Positions 27,611 to 41,250 of a stretch of 64,000 nucleotides of DNA are shown here, piece by piece (position 1 is the stretch's first letter; each line of letters starts with the position of its first letter). A program made the position numbers and the translations under genes. This stretch comes from Octopus vulgaris (taxonomy: Eukaryota): NCBI GenBank assembly GCA_951406725.2, contig OX597826.1:56978001-57042000 (forward strand), given 5' to 3'. A model generated the notes under the pieces. That model ran no database searches, was not told where the DNA came from, and was given only the letters and a program-made list of their open reading frames with translations.

Positions 27611-27880
27611 CAGTTTAAGGTAGATATAGAAAGACAAAAGAAATATGCAGTAAGATGCATGTGAGAGAGATGAAGGAAACGCGATGGAGAGAGACAGAAT
27701 GACAAAGTGTGTGTATGAGTGAGGAGCTGGCAAACGCTAGAAAGACAGGGGGTTTAAGAGAGAGGATATGTGGCGGGCAGAGTAAGATTGAGAAAGAGAG
27801 ATAGATGTGTGCATATGAATATATGTGTGTGGCTGTGTGTACATATAAGTAGGTGCGAGTGAGATTGAATATACCTGTGT

Positions 27881-27911
<31 letters not shown>

Positions 27912-28541
27912 GATTCTACAAAAGTCAAGAGTGAAGAGTGTTGTATACTGCTGCCATAGTCAAGTCGATACCATCTTTTAGATTGAGGAAGCCCAAGCGT
28001 ATAGGAGAAAGAAGAGATAAAGGTAAAAGAAGCAAAAAAGGAGGGAAGCTGAAGTAAATGACACATTTCTATGTCTGTGTCGTCGTTGACGTCACCTTCA
28101 TCATCATCATCATTATCATCACTGCCATCATCGTCGTCGTCGTCGTCATCGTCATCATCATCTTGCGAAAGAAAACTAAGACGATGATGAAAATCTATTG
28201 GATGACTGGCTGCAGGCAATATATGTCAAATTTGATTTTGATTATTTTGTGTTTCTTTTTCTTTTTTTCTTTTTTTTTTTTTCTTTTCCTACTGCTTATT
28301 GAATGAAAGAGAAATTCTGAAAGTTACAAGGAACAGTAGAAGTGTTGGTGGTGGTGGCAGTGGTGGTTCTGGTGGTGATGGTGGTAGTATTAGTAGTAAA
28401 TGTAGTTGTAATAGTAGTAGTAGTAGAGAGATACAGGTACACAGAAACAAAGAGAATTATAGAGATAGACTAACACATAGATACAGAGATGAGTGCCTAT
28501 GCATATGAATATATGCATGTTTCTGAGTGAATATGTGTAGA

Positions 28542-30050
<1,509 letters not shown>

Positions 30051-30455
30051 ATGTTGTTTTCTATTTTTTCTTTTACAACCAACCTAACAAATGTGATATA
30101 GAGTAGAATGGAGAGGTTTTTATTGAAGAACAAAAATAAAGAAAAAAGACAGCAAAGTCCAGTATACACACAGAATTTTCCAAGTAATGTTAGATTTTCA
30201 TAGTATAGAAGATAAGGCCGTTGTATAGATAATGTTTTAAGAAGAGAATACATAGAGGTGAGTATGATATCCCTGTATTCCTCAATTATATACACCCACA
30301 TACGCGCACATGCACACACACATGGAGATGTATGCACACTCTGCACGTACAGTTTATAAAGCAATATTACATAGTTGATTGGAATGTATATGTAATATTG
30401 ATATAATATGAAAGATTACAATATAGGTCGTTATTGTTTGAAAATTATTATCATG

Positions 30456-30505
<50 letters not shown>

Positions 30506-31157
30506 GGTCATGTTGCTGAAGATTGATCTGTGGGTTCTCTTGGACCACTTTACATGAAATAATATTCATCAATTCCTCTCCATCTTCCCATGGTTTTAGG
30601 CTTTTGGGAATGAAATCAGTTTTTCTTTTCTTTTTGCTTTTCTTTTTGGAATGTTGGATTACATACATGACAATTTTATTTTTGTTATTACTGCTTCATG
30701 AGGGAGAGAAGGATGGTGCCCAGAACCATTTTAAAATTATTTTATTTATGTATTTATTTATTTATTCATTTCCAAGCCTAGAAGGGTGTGCGGAGGAAGC
30801 TGTCTACAAAGCAGAGATCCGGCCTGAAAGTTTGCACCAAGTGGAACTTTGCAAAAGGAACCCAAGGTGCCAAATGATGGTGTTAAACCAGTTGATGGAT
30901 TAAGTCTACATCCCAAGTGAGAGGCACCACCTGCTACAACCAGCAAATAACATAGATATCATGGTTAATAAAAACACATGTATACAAATCACCTCACAGA
31001 ACATAGGAAAATAGAGAGAGAGAGAGAGAAATTGAATTAGATGTCTTTCATTTATGCATGTTTCATCAGAAAATCAGCCAGAATGTCTGTTGAACAATTT
31101 AATGTTGAGCCTTGCAGATTGTTTCCCTGATACTTCACATTAGAAAATTAAGGATAT

Positions 31158-31410
31158 CTTTTATATTTTACTTGCTTCAGTCATTGGACTGTAACCATGC
31201 TGGGTCACTGCCTTGCACAGTTTAGCTGACTAAATCAACCCCTGTATTCACTTTTCAGTTTGTTACTTATCCTATCAGTATCTTTTGCTAAACTGCTAAG
31301 TTACAGGAATGTAAACAAACCAGTACTGGTTATCAAGAATTCTGTGTGCATGTAGCAGAGAGGGAATAAACACAAAGACACACACACACACATGCACTAT
31401 ATATACATAC

Positions 31411-31460
<50 letters not shown>

Positions 31461-31897
31461 CCGATCGTGACCGCTGCCAGACTTCCCTGGCACCTGTGCC
31501 GGTGGCACGTAAAAAGCACCCACTACACTCACGGAGTGGTTGGCGTTAGGAAGGGCATCCAGCTATAGAAACACTGCCAGATCAGACTGGAGCCTGGTGC
31601 AGCCTCCTGGCTTCCCAGACCCCGGTCGAACCGTCCAACCTGTGCTAGCACAGAAAACAGATGTTAAACGATGATGATGATGATATGACAGGTTTCTATC
31701 AGTTTCCATCTAACACAAACATATATATGTACATATATACAACGGGCTTCTTTCAGTTTCCGTCTACCAAATCCACTCACAAGGCTTTGGTTGGCCCGGG
31801 GCTAAGGTAGAAGAAACTTGTCCATGGTGCCACACAGTAGAACTGAACATTCAACCATGTGTTGGGAAGCAAACTTTTCACCAAATAGCCACAGCTG
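31158..31897 (-). mobile_element. family A SINE interrupted in its microsatellite spacer
   Basis: 3' half at 31158-31395, then (TA)n, a family B insertion, and the 5' half at 31685-31897 (CTTTCAGTTTCCGTCTACCAAATCCACTCACAAGG ... AAATAGCCACAG). Confidence 0.8.
31459..31684 (+). mobile_element. family B: 5'-truncated RTE 3' UTR copy (young)
   Basis: GTGCCGGTGGCACGTAAAAAGCACC ... GGAAGGGCATCCAGC ... GTTAAACGATGATGATGA; nearly identical to 62633-62880 and to the reverse complement of 44752-44990. Confidence 0.9.
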
Positions 31898-33038
31898 AGG
31901 AAATAACATATAGGTAAAAATAAGAAAGAAAAAAGAAGAAAACAGAAAAATAATACTGAGAGGAATATAAAGAACACAGGTTAATTGAGTTTTTAAGCTA
32001 TTATAATGATATATATTTCTTTCTTTGGCTTCCAATACACCCAAACTAGATAGAAGCATTTTCAAAATATAGTGAAATATTTATTAAAAACTACAATAGT
32101 GAAAGAAAATATCATTATCCCTTTTTATAATTTTATAACAGACACTGTCAGAAAATATGTGATCTTCAACATAAAGTTGTCAGACTCACCAGTTGTTTAA
32201 TGAATCCACCAGGTGAATTGAATTTCCACAATCTGGTTTCAAATTATCTTATGTGGCAATTTCACTCACTGTGTGAAAAGGGATGAACCTTCTACACTTG
32301 CTTTCTACTTCCCTAAGGTAAATAGCACTAAGCACCCATATATGGATACCTCTAATTCTGACGTATCAAACAGGTGGCTCCTTCACACACACCTGTATTA
32401 AATATAGACTTTTCTTTGACAGGGAATGAACAATTTTAGAAGCAAAATAGTAGTGTGTGTTGAAATATACATTCAAGCATTTCTCCCAGAAAATTTCTGG
32501 AAGGAATATTATGTAGTTTATTCAATCAGGATCTGAAACTGTGTAACAGTCATACCTCAAAAGAAGCTTGCTCCTAGCACTACAGTGCCTGCCATACACT
32601 AAACACTATCCTTTAGGGAAAGCAAGGATGTGATTATATCCAAAGGCCATTAATGATATAAATGAAACAAGTACTTATCAGTGTTTTCAAGGAAACCTAT
32701 ATGTATGAACAACAATCACTCACTCACTCTCTTTCTGCTCCTTACTCTCTCTCCTTTCTCATATATGCACACAAATGAAAAATTGTGGTAGAATTAAGGT
32801 TGTAATGTTATTGCTTTTCTCAAGAGTATTATTGGCAGGTTGTATAGTGTCTTCAAGCAAGATTGGTAACTATATCACACATCCTATTTACTAGATGTTC
32901 ACCCCTGATATTACAGTTCTCACCATCACCTTCCACAAGGATATTAATGATGTAAAATGAATAAATGTATGACAGCTAAATGCTGACATATCCAGTGGTG
33001 TGTGTGTATGTATATATATGTGTATGTATGTATGTATG

Positions 33039-33077
<39 letters not shown>

Positions 33078-33078
<1 letters not shown>

Positions 33079-33298
33079 GAGGCACAATGGCCCAGTGGTT
33101 AGGGTACTGGACACGCGGTCGTAGGATCGTGGTTTCAATTCCCAGACTGGGCGTTGTGTGTGTTTATTGAGCGAAAACATCTAAAAGCTCCACGAGGCTC
33201 CGGCAGGGGATGGTGATCCCTGCTGTACTCTTTCACCACTCTTTCTTCTGTTGGCCTGCTCACTTAGCAAGCGGGGTGGCGTCATTCAAAGGCTGAAA
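33078..33298 (+). mobile_element. tRNA-derived SINE, family F
   Basis: GGAGGCACAATGGCCCAGTGGTTAGGG (A box) ... GTGGTTTCAATTCCC (B box); GC-rich body; head related to family G. Confidence 0.7.
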
Positions 33299-33503
33299 TT
33301 TGGAACATGGAACTCTGATGGCCAATTTAAACTTGGACAAACCTGAAAAAACTTTGACTTTGTTGCTCTGAGTGAAACCAGAAGAGTAGGAAATGGACAA
33401 CTCAAAAAAAGAACATGGTCATTATACCTTCTTTTGGAAAGGTTTTGATCCTGAACAACTTTGGATCTATGGTGTAGTTTTCACCATCTGAAACAGCCTG
33501 CTT
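33299..33503 (+). mobile_element. RTE/BovB-like APE endonuclease relic
   Basis: FGTWN ... DFVALSETRRVGNGQLK/EHGHYTFFWKG ... IYGVVFTI*NSLL matches the RTE endonuclease N-terminus (GTWNVRTL, IAALSETR, GYTFFWSG, GVGFAI). Contains frameshifts and a deletion. Confidence 0.8.
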
Positions 33504-33777
33504 CCTTGCAAAACAGATAAGGATTGGCAATAGGAAGAACAGATCTGGTCATAACATCCTAGCTAAAAAATTTCACTACCTTATCCATTCTAACATGGAA
33601 AAATGAATATTAAATGAACTAACACCATACATCATACTCCCACTCTTAGACACCCACTTGTGAAAGATAGTGTGTGAGTGCATGTGCATACATAAAATTT
33701 TACACATGTGATTGCAAAATTTTTGCTTAGTTTTGGATTTTAGAATTGTGTATATAAAATGCTATTATGTATATAAT

Positions 33778-33831
<54 letters not shown>

Positions 33832-34116
33832 CACACATATACATGCACACACACACACACAAAAACACACACATACATACATGCGCACACACAAACAAAC
33901 ATACATCACATATCTTATTGCAATTCTCAAGGTTGGTTTCATTTTTTTAAATCTTTTTTTTCTAAGTAGTCAACTGTTACAAAAATAACATACCTACCAT
34001 AATGTAACACGGAAAATGTATTATGTATTACGTGTTGCATTATACTGTGTATCTACAATATAGAATATTTAGTTAGTTATTTATAGCCTCTCAGACATAG
34101 ATACCTGAGCATATAT

Positions 34117-34123
34117 AATAATG

Positions 34124-34190
<67 letters not shown>

Positions 34191-34306
34191 TAATGGTGAT
34201 GATGATAATAATAATAGTGAATATGGTTATGACTTACTGGTTCAGCAATCCTGTCATTTTTGAGGTAACTAGTAAATAAAAATGCTATAACAAGAACAAC
34301 AGCAAC

Positions 34307-34347
<41 letters not shown>

Positions 34348-34650
34348 ATGCGTGTGTGTGTTGGTAGAAGAGTCAGGAAACTAAACAATACTGGCATTGC
34401 CATTAATTTTATTCCTGTTTTTTGTCACCAGACCAATTACATTAATGCACAGAATTATTGAAGATTTATCATAGACATGTCATGTTTGAGACTCTATAGC
34501 CAAACATGTCTCTTGGAGTTTTAACATGTGATCCCATACATTTCATTTATGTAGATTTATTATTATTATTATTGCTTTTTTTTCTTCCCAAATTTCTCAC
34601 ATTGATAAAATTTTTATTTTTGTCTTTCTAGCATATAAAATTTAGTAATG

Positions 34651-34743
<93 letters not shown>

Positions 34744-34750
34744 ATGATAA
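34117..34750. repeat. (AAT)n, (GT)n and (AAT)n(GAT)n microsatellites
   Basis: Separate tracts at about 34117-34215, 34309-34360 and 34645-34750. Confidence 0.9.
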
Positions 34751-34786
34751 TCATCATCATTTCATTGCCATCATGATTATTATTAT

Positions 34787-35228
34787 AGAGAGATTGGCAC
34801 AGTCATCAGAATATCAGATAAAATGTGGTATTTCTGGATCTTTCCATTCTGAGTTCTTATCTCACCAAAGTCAACTTTGCCATACTTCCCTGTAGAGGCT
34901 ATAAAATATAGAACCAGTCAAGTACTGGGGGTCAATATAACTGATTACCTCCCTTTCCCAAATTTCAGGACATATGTTTATGCTAGAAGCAACAACAACA
35001 ATTACTACTACTGCTAATAGTAGCATCTTTAGCATGTCAGGCAAAGAGTTTTGCTGTATTTCTTCTGGCTCTTCATATTCTCTGATCAAACCTGATCAAG
35101 AACAATTTTACTTTTCATTCTTTTGGGGTCAGTATAGTAAAGTATCAGCTGAGTACTAGAGCTGATGGTATTAATCTATTCCCTTTTGAAAAGTACTGCC
35201 CTTGTGCCAATGTGAAAAACAATTATTA
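34787..35228 (+). mobile_element. two tandem, highly diverged family C-like SINEs
   Basis: CATTCTGAGTTC ... AAGTCAACTTTGCC ... CCAGTCAAGTACTGGGGGTCAAT at 34787-34992; a second copy at 35024-35228. Confidence 0.55.
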
Positions 35229-35550
35229 ATATCATCAGAAGAAATAATGTTCAGCTCAGCTCAGAGTGTCCAGGAGTGTTCATCACTGAGGGGACCAAAT
35301 TAAATTGAAACATCCTGCCTGATGACCTGCTGAATATATCCTGAATGAGTTCATTGTTTTTTAACACATTAGTCTATTTGAGAAATTTCTCTAAGACAAA
35401 ATATCACAGCTAGTGCTATTCTATATTATAAATATTATACACATTATTGTTGTTGTTTGTCATAGTGGTGTTGGTGGTGGTGGTTTAGTAGAAAAGACCT
35501 AAGAAGCTGACATCATAACTTCTATGGAGTTGATCAGTTCGCTAAATATA

Positions 35551-35672
35551 ACAGCTAAACCTCTTTAAATTACACTTAACTAGTCTTAAAGTCATCATCA
35601 TCATCATCATCATCATCGTTGATGATGATGACTTTAAGACTAGCTAAGTGTAATTTAAAGTGGTTTAGCTGT
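35551..35672. repeat. near-perfect inverted repeat, 53-bp arms, 16-nt spacer
   Basis: 35551-35603 versus 35620-35672 match at 51 of 53 positions by manual comparison. Confidence 0.95.
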
Positions 35673-36627
35673 GCAGGAAAATATCTGATAATTGTTGTCC
35701 TAGATATGGAGGAGTGGGTGATCATGGTTGGAATACTTATCATCATAAGCTCTGATCCTTTAGAGCTAACTTACTATGATTTTTAAATTTCTAATTGAAG
35801 TTATCTTCTTTCATTTACCTGACTAATTAGACATGGATATCACCTAAACCAATAACTGCACCCTCCATCCAGAAAGTTCAGAAACTTCACCTTTGCTGCT
35901 TATTTTATCAACCATATGAGTTTCATAAAATAAACAGTAGTATTGGAAGTTTATATAAGGCAATTATAGTTTTGATGAATGTAGTGGTCCAGAATGACTA
36001 CAGTCCACCGACTGAACTCTGGTTAGACAGTAGAACTTAAAAAAATAAAACAAAGGAAACTACTTTTTAAAACATATTCCTATTATATGTACAATAATCT
36101 TTTATTTGTCACTGTTCAATTGTTTCTTATGTCCAGTACCAAAATTTGAGATTTTGTCTTTTTACCATTGTTGTCTGCTCATGTATCATCATCATCATCA
36201 TCATCATCATTATAGTGAGAGAAGATAAGTCAGCTAACAACCATCACTACTTAGTGGAGTGACTTTGGTAAAGTTAGAACTCTGGATAGAAAGAATGGTT
36301 AGATACTGGGGTTATTACGTCTTCTATATATATATATAAACAATATCATCATGACAGTTGTGATAGAATCAGTGTTGACAATGGTGATGGTTGTGATGGT
36401 TGTGACGATGGTGACGATGGTGATGAACCCATTGTAAACATGGCTTATTTTTCAGTTGTTTGTCTTCTCAGTCCAGTTTTCTCAAATGTGTAGCAGCTAA
36501 TGACAGATTAAGCCACTCAAATTCAAGCACAAAAGTGCTAATTTAGTAGCATTCTTTAAACAATCTTTATTTTGTTTTGTTTGCTGCTTATAAAATCTAT
36601 GAGTAAAACCCTTAGAGAAGTGACCTT

Positions 36628-36712
36628 CCCACCACCACCACCACCACCACCACCACCACCACCACCACCATCACCACCACCACCACCGCCACCACCACTG
36701 CCGCTACCATCA
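36628..36712. repeat. (CAC)n microsatellite
   Basis: Read directly. Confidence 0.9.
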
Positions 36713-37375
36713 TCACATGGCCACTCCAGAGAGTACTTACATTAATTGAATGAAGGTTGTGAATGTTCATTTAAAAGTAATTCTGAAGAAATTACAAAAC
36801 AGTAAATTAATTTAATTCCAGTTTAGGCTATAGTAAAAGAGAGTAACATATATTTAATTCTCAAAGTCTAAATGCAATATCGAAATTCATTTGATATTTT
36901 TCATCAGCAGTAACATTTCATTCTTATATTCTCATTGTTCAGAGTAATAATATTCCATACAGAATTAATTACATAGCACAGTGATTCTTCAGGTACTATG
37001 GCTAAAAAAAGGAAAAATGCTTTATTCTATTGTATGGATTCATGTTCTACATAGTATTAAATATTTATCTAAAATTATTTATTAAATATATCTTGGAAAT
37101 GATGAAGCCTCTGTAGGTTACTCATCCTGCTAGTAACAGCAGCCAAAATCTCCCTCATATCACACATTACTGTGTTAAGAAATGGAAGGACAGAGAGATT
37201 GATATAGTTTTATGCATTCTGTGTTTGAAATATAAGATGCAGCAGGGAGAAGGAGGAGGTGAAAAAGAAGAAGGAGGAGGAGGAAAGGTGGTTGATCACA
37301 CAGTCGAGCTTATGCCAAGGGTCTACTCCAGCTTATTCTTTACAAAAGAAAAATGTTCCTCTATACTTATTAGTA

Positions 37376-37787
37376 ACTCTCTTTTACTTGTTTCAGTCAT
37401 TTGACTGCGGCCATGCTGGAGCACCGCCTTTAGTCAAGCAAATCAACCCCGGGACTTATTCTTTGTAACCCCAGTACTTATTCTATCGGTTTCTTTTGCC
37501 GAACCGCTAAGTGATGGATGGGGACGTAAACACACCAGCATTGGTTGTCAAGCAATGCTAGGGGGACAAACACAGACACATAAACATATACAGACACATA
37601 CATATAAATATATATACATATATACGACAGGCTTCTTTCAGTTTCCGTCTAAAAAGTCCACTCACAAGGCATTGGTCGGCCCGGGACTATAGCAGAAGAC
37701 ACTTGCCCAAGATGCCACACAGTGGGACTGAACCCGGAACCATGTGGTTGGTATGCAAGCTACTTACCACACAGCCACTCCTGCGCC
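37376..37787 (-). mobile_element. family A SINE, full length, young
   Basis: Runs from ACTCTCTTTTACTTGTTTCAGTCATTTGACTG to CACAGCCACTCCTGCGCC, the reverse complement of 618-1028. Confidence 0.93.
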
Positions 37788-37789
37788 TA

Positions 37790-37890
37790 TGTTTTTCTTT
37801 TATGTCTGTGCTGGCATGGTTTGGATGAGGCTTATTGAGGCAGTATTCTATGACTGGAAGCCTTCCCTGTCACCAACCCTTACTTGCTTT
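37790..37890 (-). mobile_element. RTE-type tail fragment of the kind seen at 56980-57110
   Basis: GCTGGCATGGTTTGGATG ... TATTGAGGCAGTATTCTATGACTGGAAGCCTTCCCTGTCACCAACCC ... CAAGTAAGGTATTTTC. Confidence 0.6.
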
Positions 37891-38013
37891 TCAAGTAAGG
37901 TATTTTCATTTCACTTGTATTCACACACCAAAACTGACAAACTATTTTACATATTGTTTACAAGAAAGGCAAACAAGTATCACTGTTTTGTTCAGCATGA
38001 ATGTGAAAATACA

Positions 38014-38375
38014 TACTCTTTACTCTTTTACTTGTTTCAGTCATTTGACTGTAGCCATGCTGGAGCACCGCCTTTAGTTGAGCAAATCGACCCCAGGACT
38101 TATTCTTTGTAAGCCTAGTACTTATTCTATCGGTCCCTATTGCCGAACTGCTAAGTTACGGAGACGTAAACACACCAGTATTGGTTGTCAAGCGATGTTG
38201 GGGTGACATATATACACATATGAAAGGCTTTTTTCAGTTTCTGTCTACCAAATCCACTCACAAGGCTTTGGTCGGCCCAAGGCTATAGTAGAAGACACTT
38301 GCCCAAGATGCCACGCAGTGGGACTGAACCCGGAACCATGTGGTTGATAAGCAAGCTACTTACCACACAGCCACT
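38014..38375 (-). mobile_element. family A SINE, near full length, short spacer
   Basis: Same blocks as 37376-37787 with a reduced microsatellite spacer. Confidence 0.92.
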
Positions 38376-38393
38376 TACACATTCATGCACACA

Positions 38394-38435
<42 letters not shown>

Positions 38436-38447
38436 ATGCACATGTGC

Positions 38448-38640
38448 AAGCTGGCAAAATCATTAGCACACCAGGCAAAATGCTAAGTAGTATTTTGTCT
38501 GTGTTTATGCTATGAGTTCAAATTCTGCCGAGATCAACTTTGCTTTTCTTCCTTTGGGGGATGATATAATAAGTACCAATTGAGTACTGGTGTTGATATA
38601 TAATTGACTTAACTACTTCTGGGTATGATTACAAAAAAAT
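38448..38640 (+). mobile_element. older family C-like SINE
   Basis: AGCTGGCAAAATCATTAGCAC ... GAGTTCAAATTCTGCCGAGATCAACTTTGC ... AAGTACCAATTGAGTACTGG. Confidence 0.75.
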
Positions 38641-38929
38641 TTTGCTTTCCTCTGCCAACCCATGTTGAATCAGTGTGGCAGTGTGGTGGAGAGAACATGC
38701 TGAGGCCTTTGTCCTGCCGTAGACCGAACATGGGCAATCCAATCCAATCCATATATATATGTGTGTGTATGTGTGTGTGTGTGCACACATGCACATATTT
38801 GTGCCTGTATATGAGTATTTATATTTCACTTACTTTCATGAAAAGTGTCGAGCTAAAAAGTGACCTCTGTTGATATTACCTACTAACAAATTATCTTGTA
38901 GCTCTGCACTTTTAAAGATGGGTGGAATA

Positions 38930-39055
38930 AAATATTCACTACTTGAAAAACAGCAGGAAGGACATCAAGTAGTAAAGCAACACCTCAATATGTATTTGTT
39001 GATTTGTTGGACCCATACAAGCATGAAAAATTGGATGTAATGATGAACATGATTA
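38930..39055 (+). mobile_element. degenerate RTE-type tail
   Basis: CAGGAAGGACATCAAG ... GACCCATACAAGCATGAAAAATTGGATGTAATGATGA. Confidence 0.5.
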
Positions 39056-39954
39056 TAACACTTTCACACTGAGTAAAAATGGACAAGAAATTTAATTCCA
39101 TACAGTTGAAAAGGTCTTGACCAATTGGACCTGAAACTATATAAAGTTATAATTGTATTCTTTAATATACTAATCACTTTTCCTCTTTTAGCAACTTCTT
39201 TTCACACTAAATAAGCTTTTCTAAATTAAATTTTCAGAAAATTTCCAGATATGAAAAATCAAATTTGTTCTTTCATATTTAGGAAATTTCAAACTGAATA
39301 CTTATTCAAGTCAGAAGAAGCAGAATCTGTTGTCTGTGAAAAAGATTTTGCAGTGAATCAGTTAAATATGGAGAATAGAAAGGGTTAAAAATATCCTTTT
39401 GGGGAGCTTTTATTCCATAAATGTACTATGTATAGGCATAAAAACCAATAAGAACCAATCTCACTGTACAATGATGTAGATAGGGCAGTAATGAAAGTGG
39501 TTGGTAGACTTCAATAGAACATACTCGCTGAGATTCACCAATAGTTGAATAAAGTAATTGAAATTCTCAAGATTTTGAAATAGATATTCTGCTATATATT
39601 CAAAAATGTTATTTTTAACTCGACATTCCTGTAAGTTTCAACAACAAATTTGAGAGGACAGAAGCCAAGTTTTGTCAAAATTTCCAACATGAAACACTGG
39701 ATTTATTATTAAATAATATGAAACTGAAAGTTTGAATCAGTAATTTACACTTCAATACAAATACAATAAACTACATTTTCAACTTGAAAAGAAAAAAAAA
39801 AAAAAAGAAGGAAGAAAGGACTATTTAAATGGTACATTTAAAGATATATTTAGCTGGAAAAGGGATGATTTTAATGTAAAATTCAAACTTGAATGCAAAG
39901 ACCTAAACATATATTTGATATTTTGAATAATGACTAAAGCATCACCGTTAAAGC

Positions 39955-40168
39955 ATTATCATTAAACATCCGTTTTCCATGCTGGTATGGGCTGGATGGT
40001 TTGACTGGAGCTGGTAAGGCTGGCGGATGCACCAGGCTCCATTGTCTGCTCTGGTAAGGTTTCCACAGCTGAATACCCTTCCTAACAACGACCACTTAAC
40101 AGAGTGTACTGGGTGCTTTTTTCATGGTACTAGCAGGAGTGCTTTTTATGTGACACCAGCACGGGAGC
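39955..40168 (-). mobile_element. family B copy of intermediate age with two GTGCTTTTT modules
   Basis: AAACATCCGTTTTCCATGCTGG ... CCCTTCCTAAC ... GGGTGCTTTTTTCATGGTACTAGCAGGAGTGCTTTTTATGTGACACCAGCAC. Confidence 0.8.
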
Positions 40169-40236
40169 TCCATTCTTTTTTTCTCTTCTAAGTAATTTAT
40201 AGAAAAACATTTTAAAAATATAGATGCAAACAGTGA

Positions 40237-40641
40237 AGGAGTGGCTGTGTGGTAAGTAGCTTGTTTACCAACCACATGGTTCTGGGTTCAGTACCACTGC
40301 GTGGCATCTTGGGCAAGTGTCTTGTACTATAGCCTCGGGCCGACCAAAGCCTTGTGAGTGGATTTGGTAGACGGAAACTGAAAGAAGCCCATCGTACATA
40401 TGTATATATATATATATGCGTGTGTGTGTTTGTGTGTCTGTGTTTGTCCCCCTAGCATTGCTTGACAACCGATGCTGGTGTGTTTATGTTCCCGTTGCTT
40501 AGCGGTTCGGCAAAAGAGACTGATAGAATAAGTACTGGGCTTACAAAAGAATAAGTCCCGGGGTCGAGTTGCTCGATTAAAGGCGGTGCTCCAGCATGGC
40601 CGCAGTCAAATGACTGAAACAAGTAAAAGAGAGTAAAGAGT
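40237..40641 (+). mobile_element. family A SINE, full length, young
   Basis: AGGAGTGGCTGTGTGGTAAGTAGC ... CAGTCAAATGACTGAAACAAGTAAAAGAGAGTAAAGAGT. Confidence 0.93.
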
Positions 40642-41045
40642 AAACATGGCTGTGTAATTAAAAACCACTTTGCAACCACATGGTTTCAGGTTCAGTCCTA
40701 CTGTATGGCGGCACCTTGGGTAAGTATCTTTTACTGCAGCCCTGAGTCTACTAATGTCTTGTTTGTTAATTTGGTAGATGAAAATTGAGTGAAAGCTCAT
40801 CATACATGTGCGTATGCCTCTTTATGTTTGTCTCCCTAACAATTTGACAACTGTTGTTGGTTTCTGTACATCCTTGTAACTTCGAAGTTCAGCAAATGGA
40901 ACTGACAGAATAAATGCCAAACATAACATAAGATAAAATAAATAAACACTGGGGTTAATTTGTTTGACTACACCCTTCGAGGCGGTGCTACAGCATTGCT
41001 GCAGTCCAATGACTGAAATAAGTGAAAGATAAACGAAAGATAACA
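40642..41045 (+). mobile_element. older family A SINE
   Basis: CATGGCTGTGT ... GGTTCAGTCCTACTG ... CACCTTGGGTAAGTATC ... CAGTCCAATGACTGAAATAAGTGAAAGATAA. Confidence 0.85.
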
Positions 41046-41179
41046 GTTTATCATTAAATCAAAACAAAATTTAATACCAAAATAGAAGTGAAGCATTGCA
41101 TCCGGGTCTTATTTAGTTATCAGCTAGTTATACAATAATGTATTTGTTGTTTTATGAGTGGAAATTTGACCCAGAACAA

Positions 41180-41213
<34 letters not shown>

Positions 41214-41250
41214 TCTGCGTTGAATTAAGAAATGAGGACAAACGAAAGTT

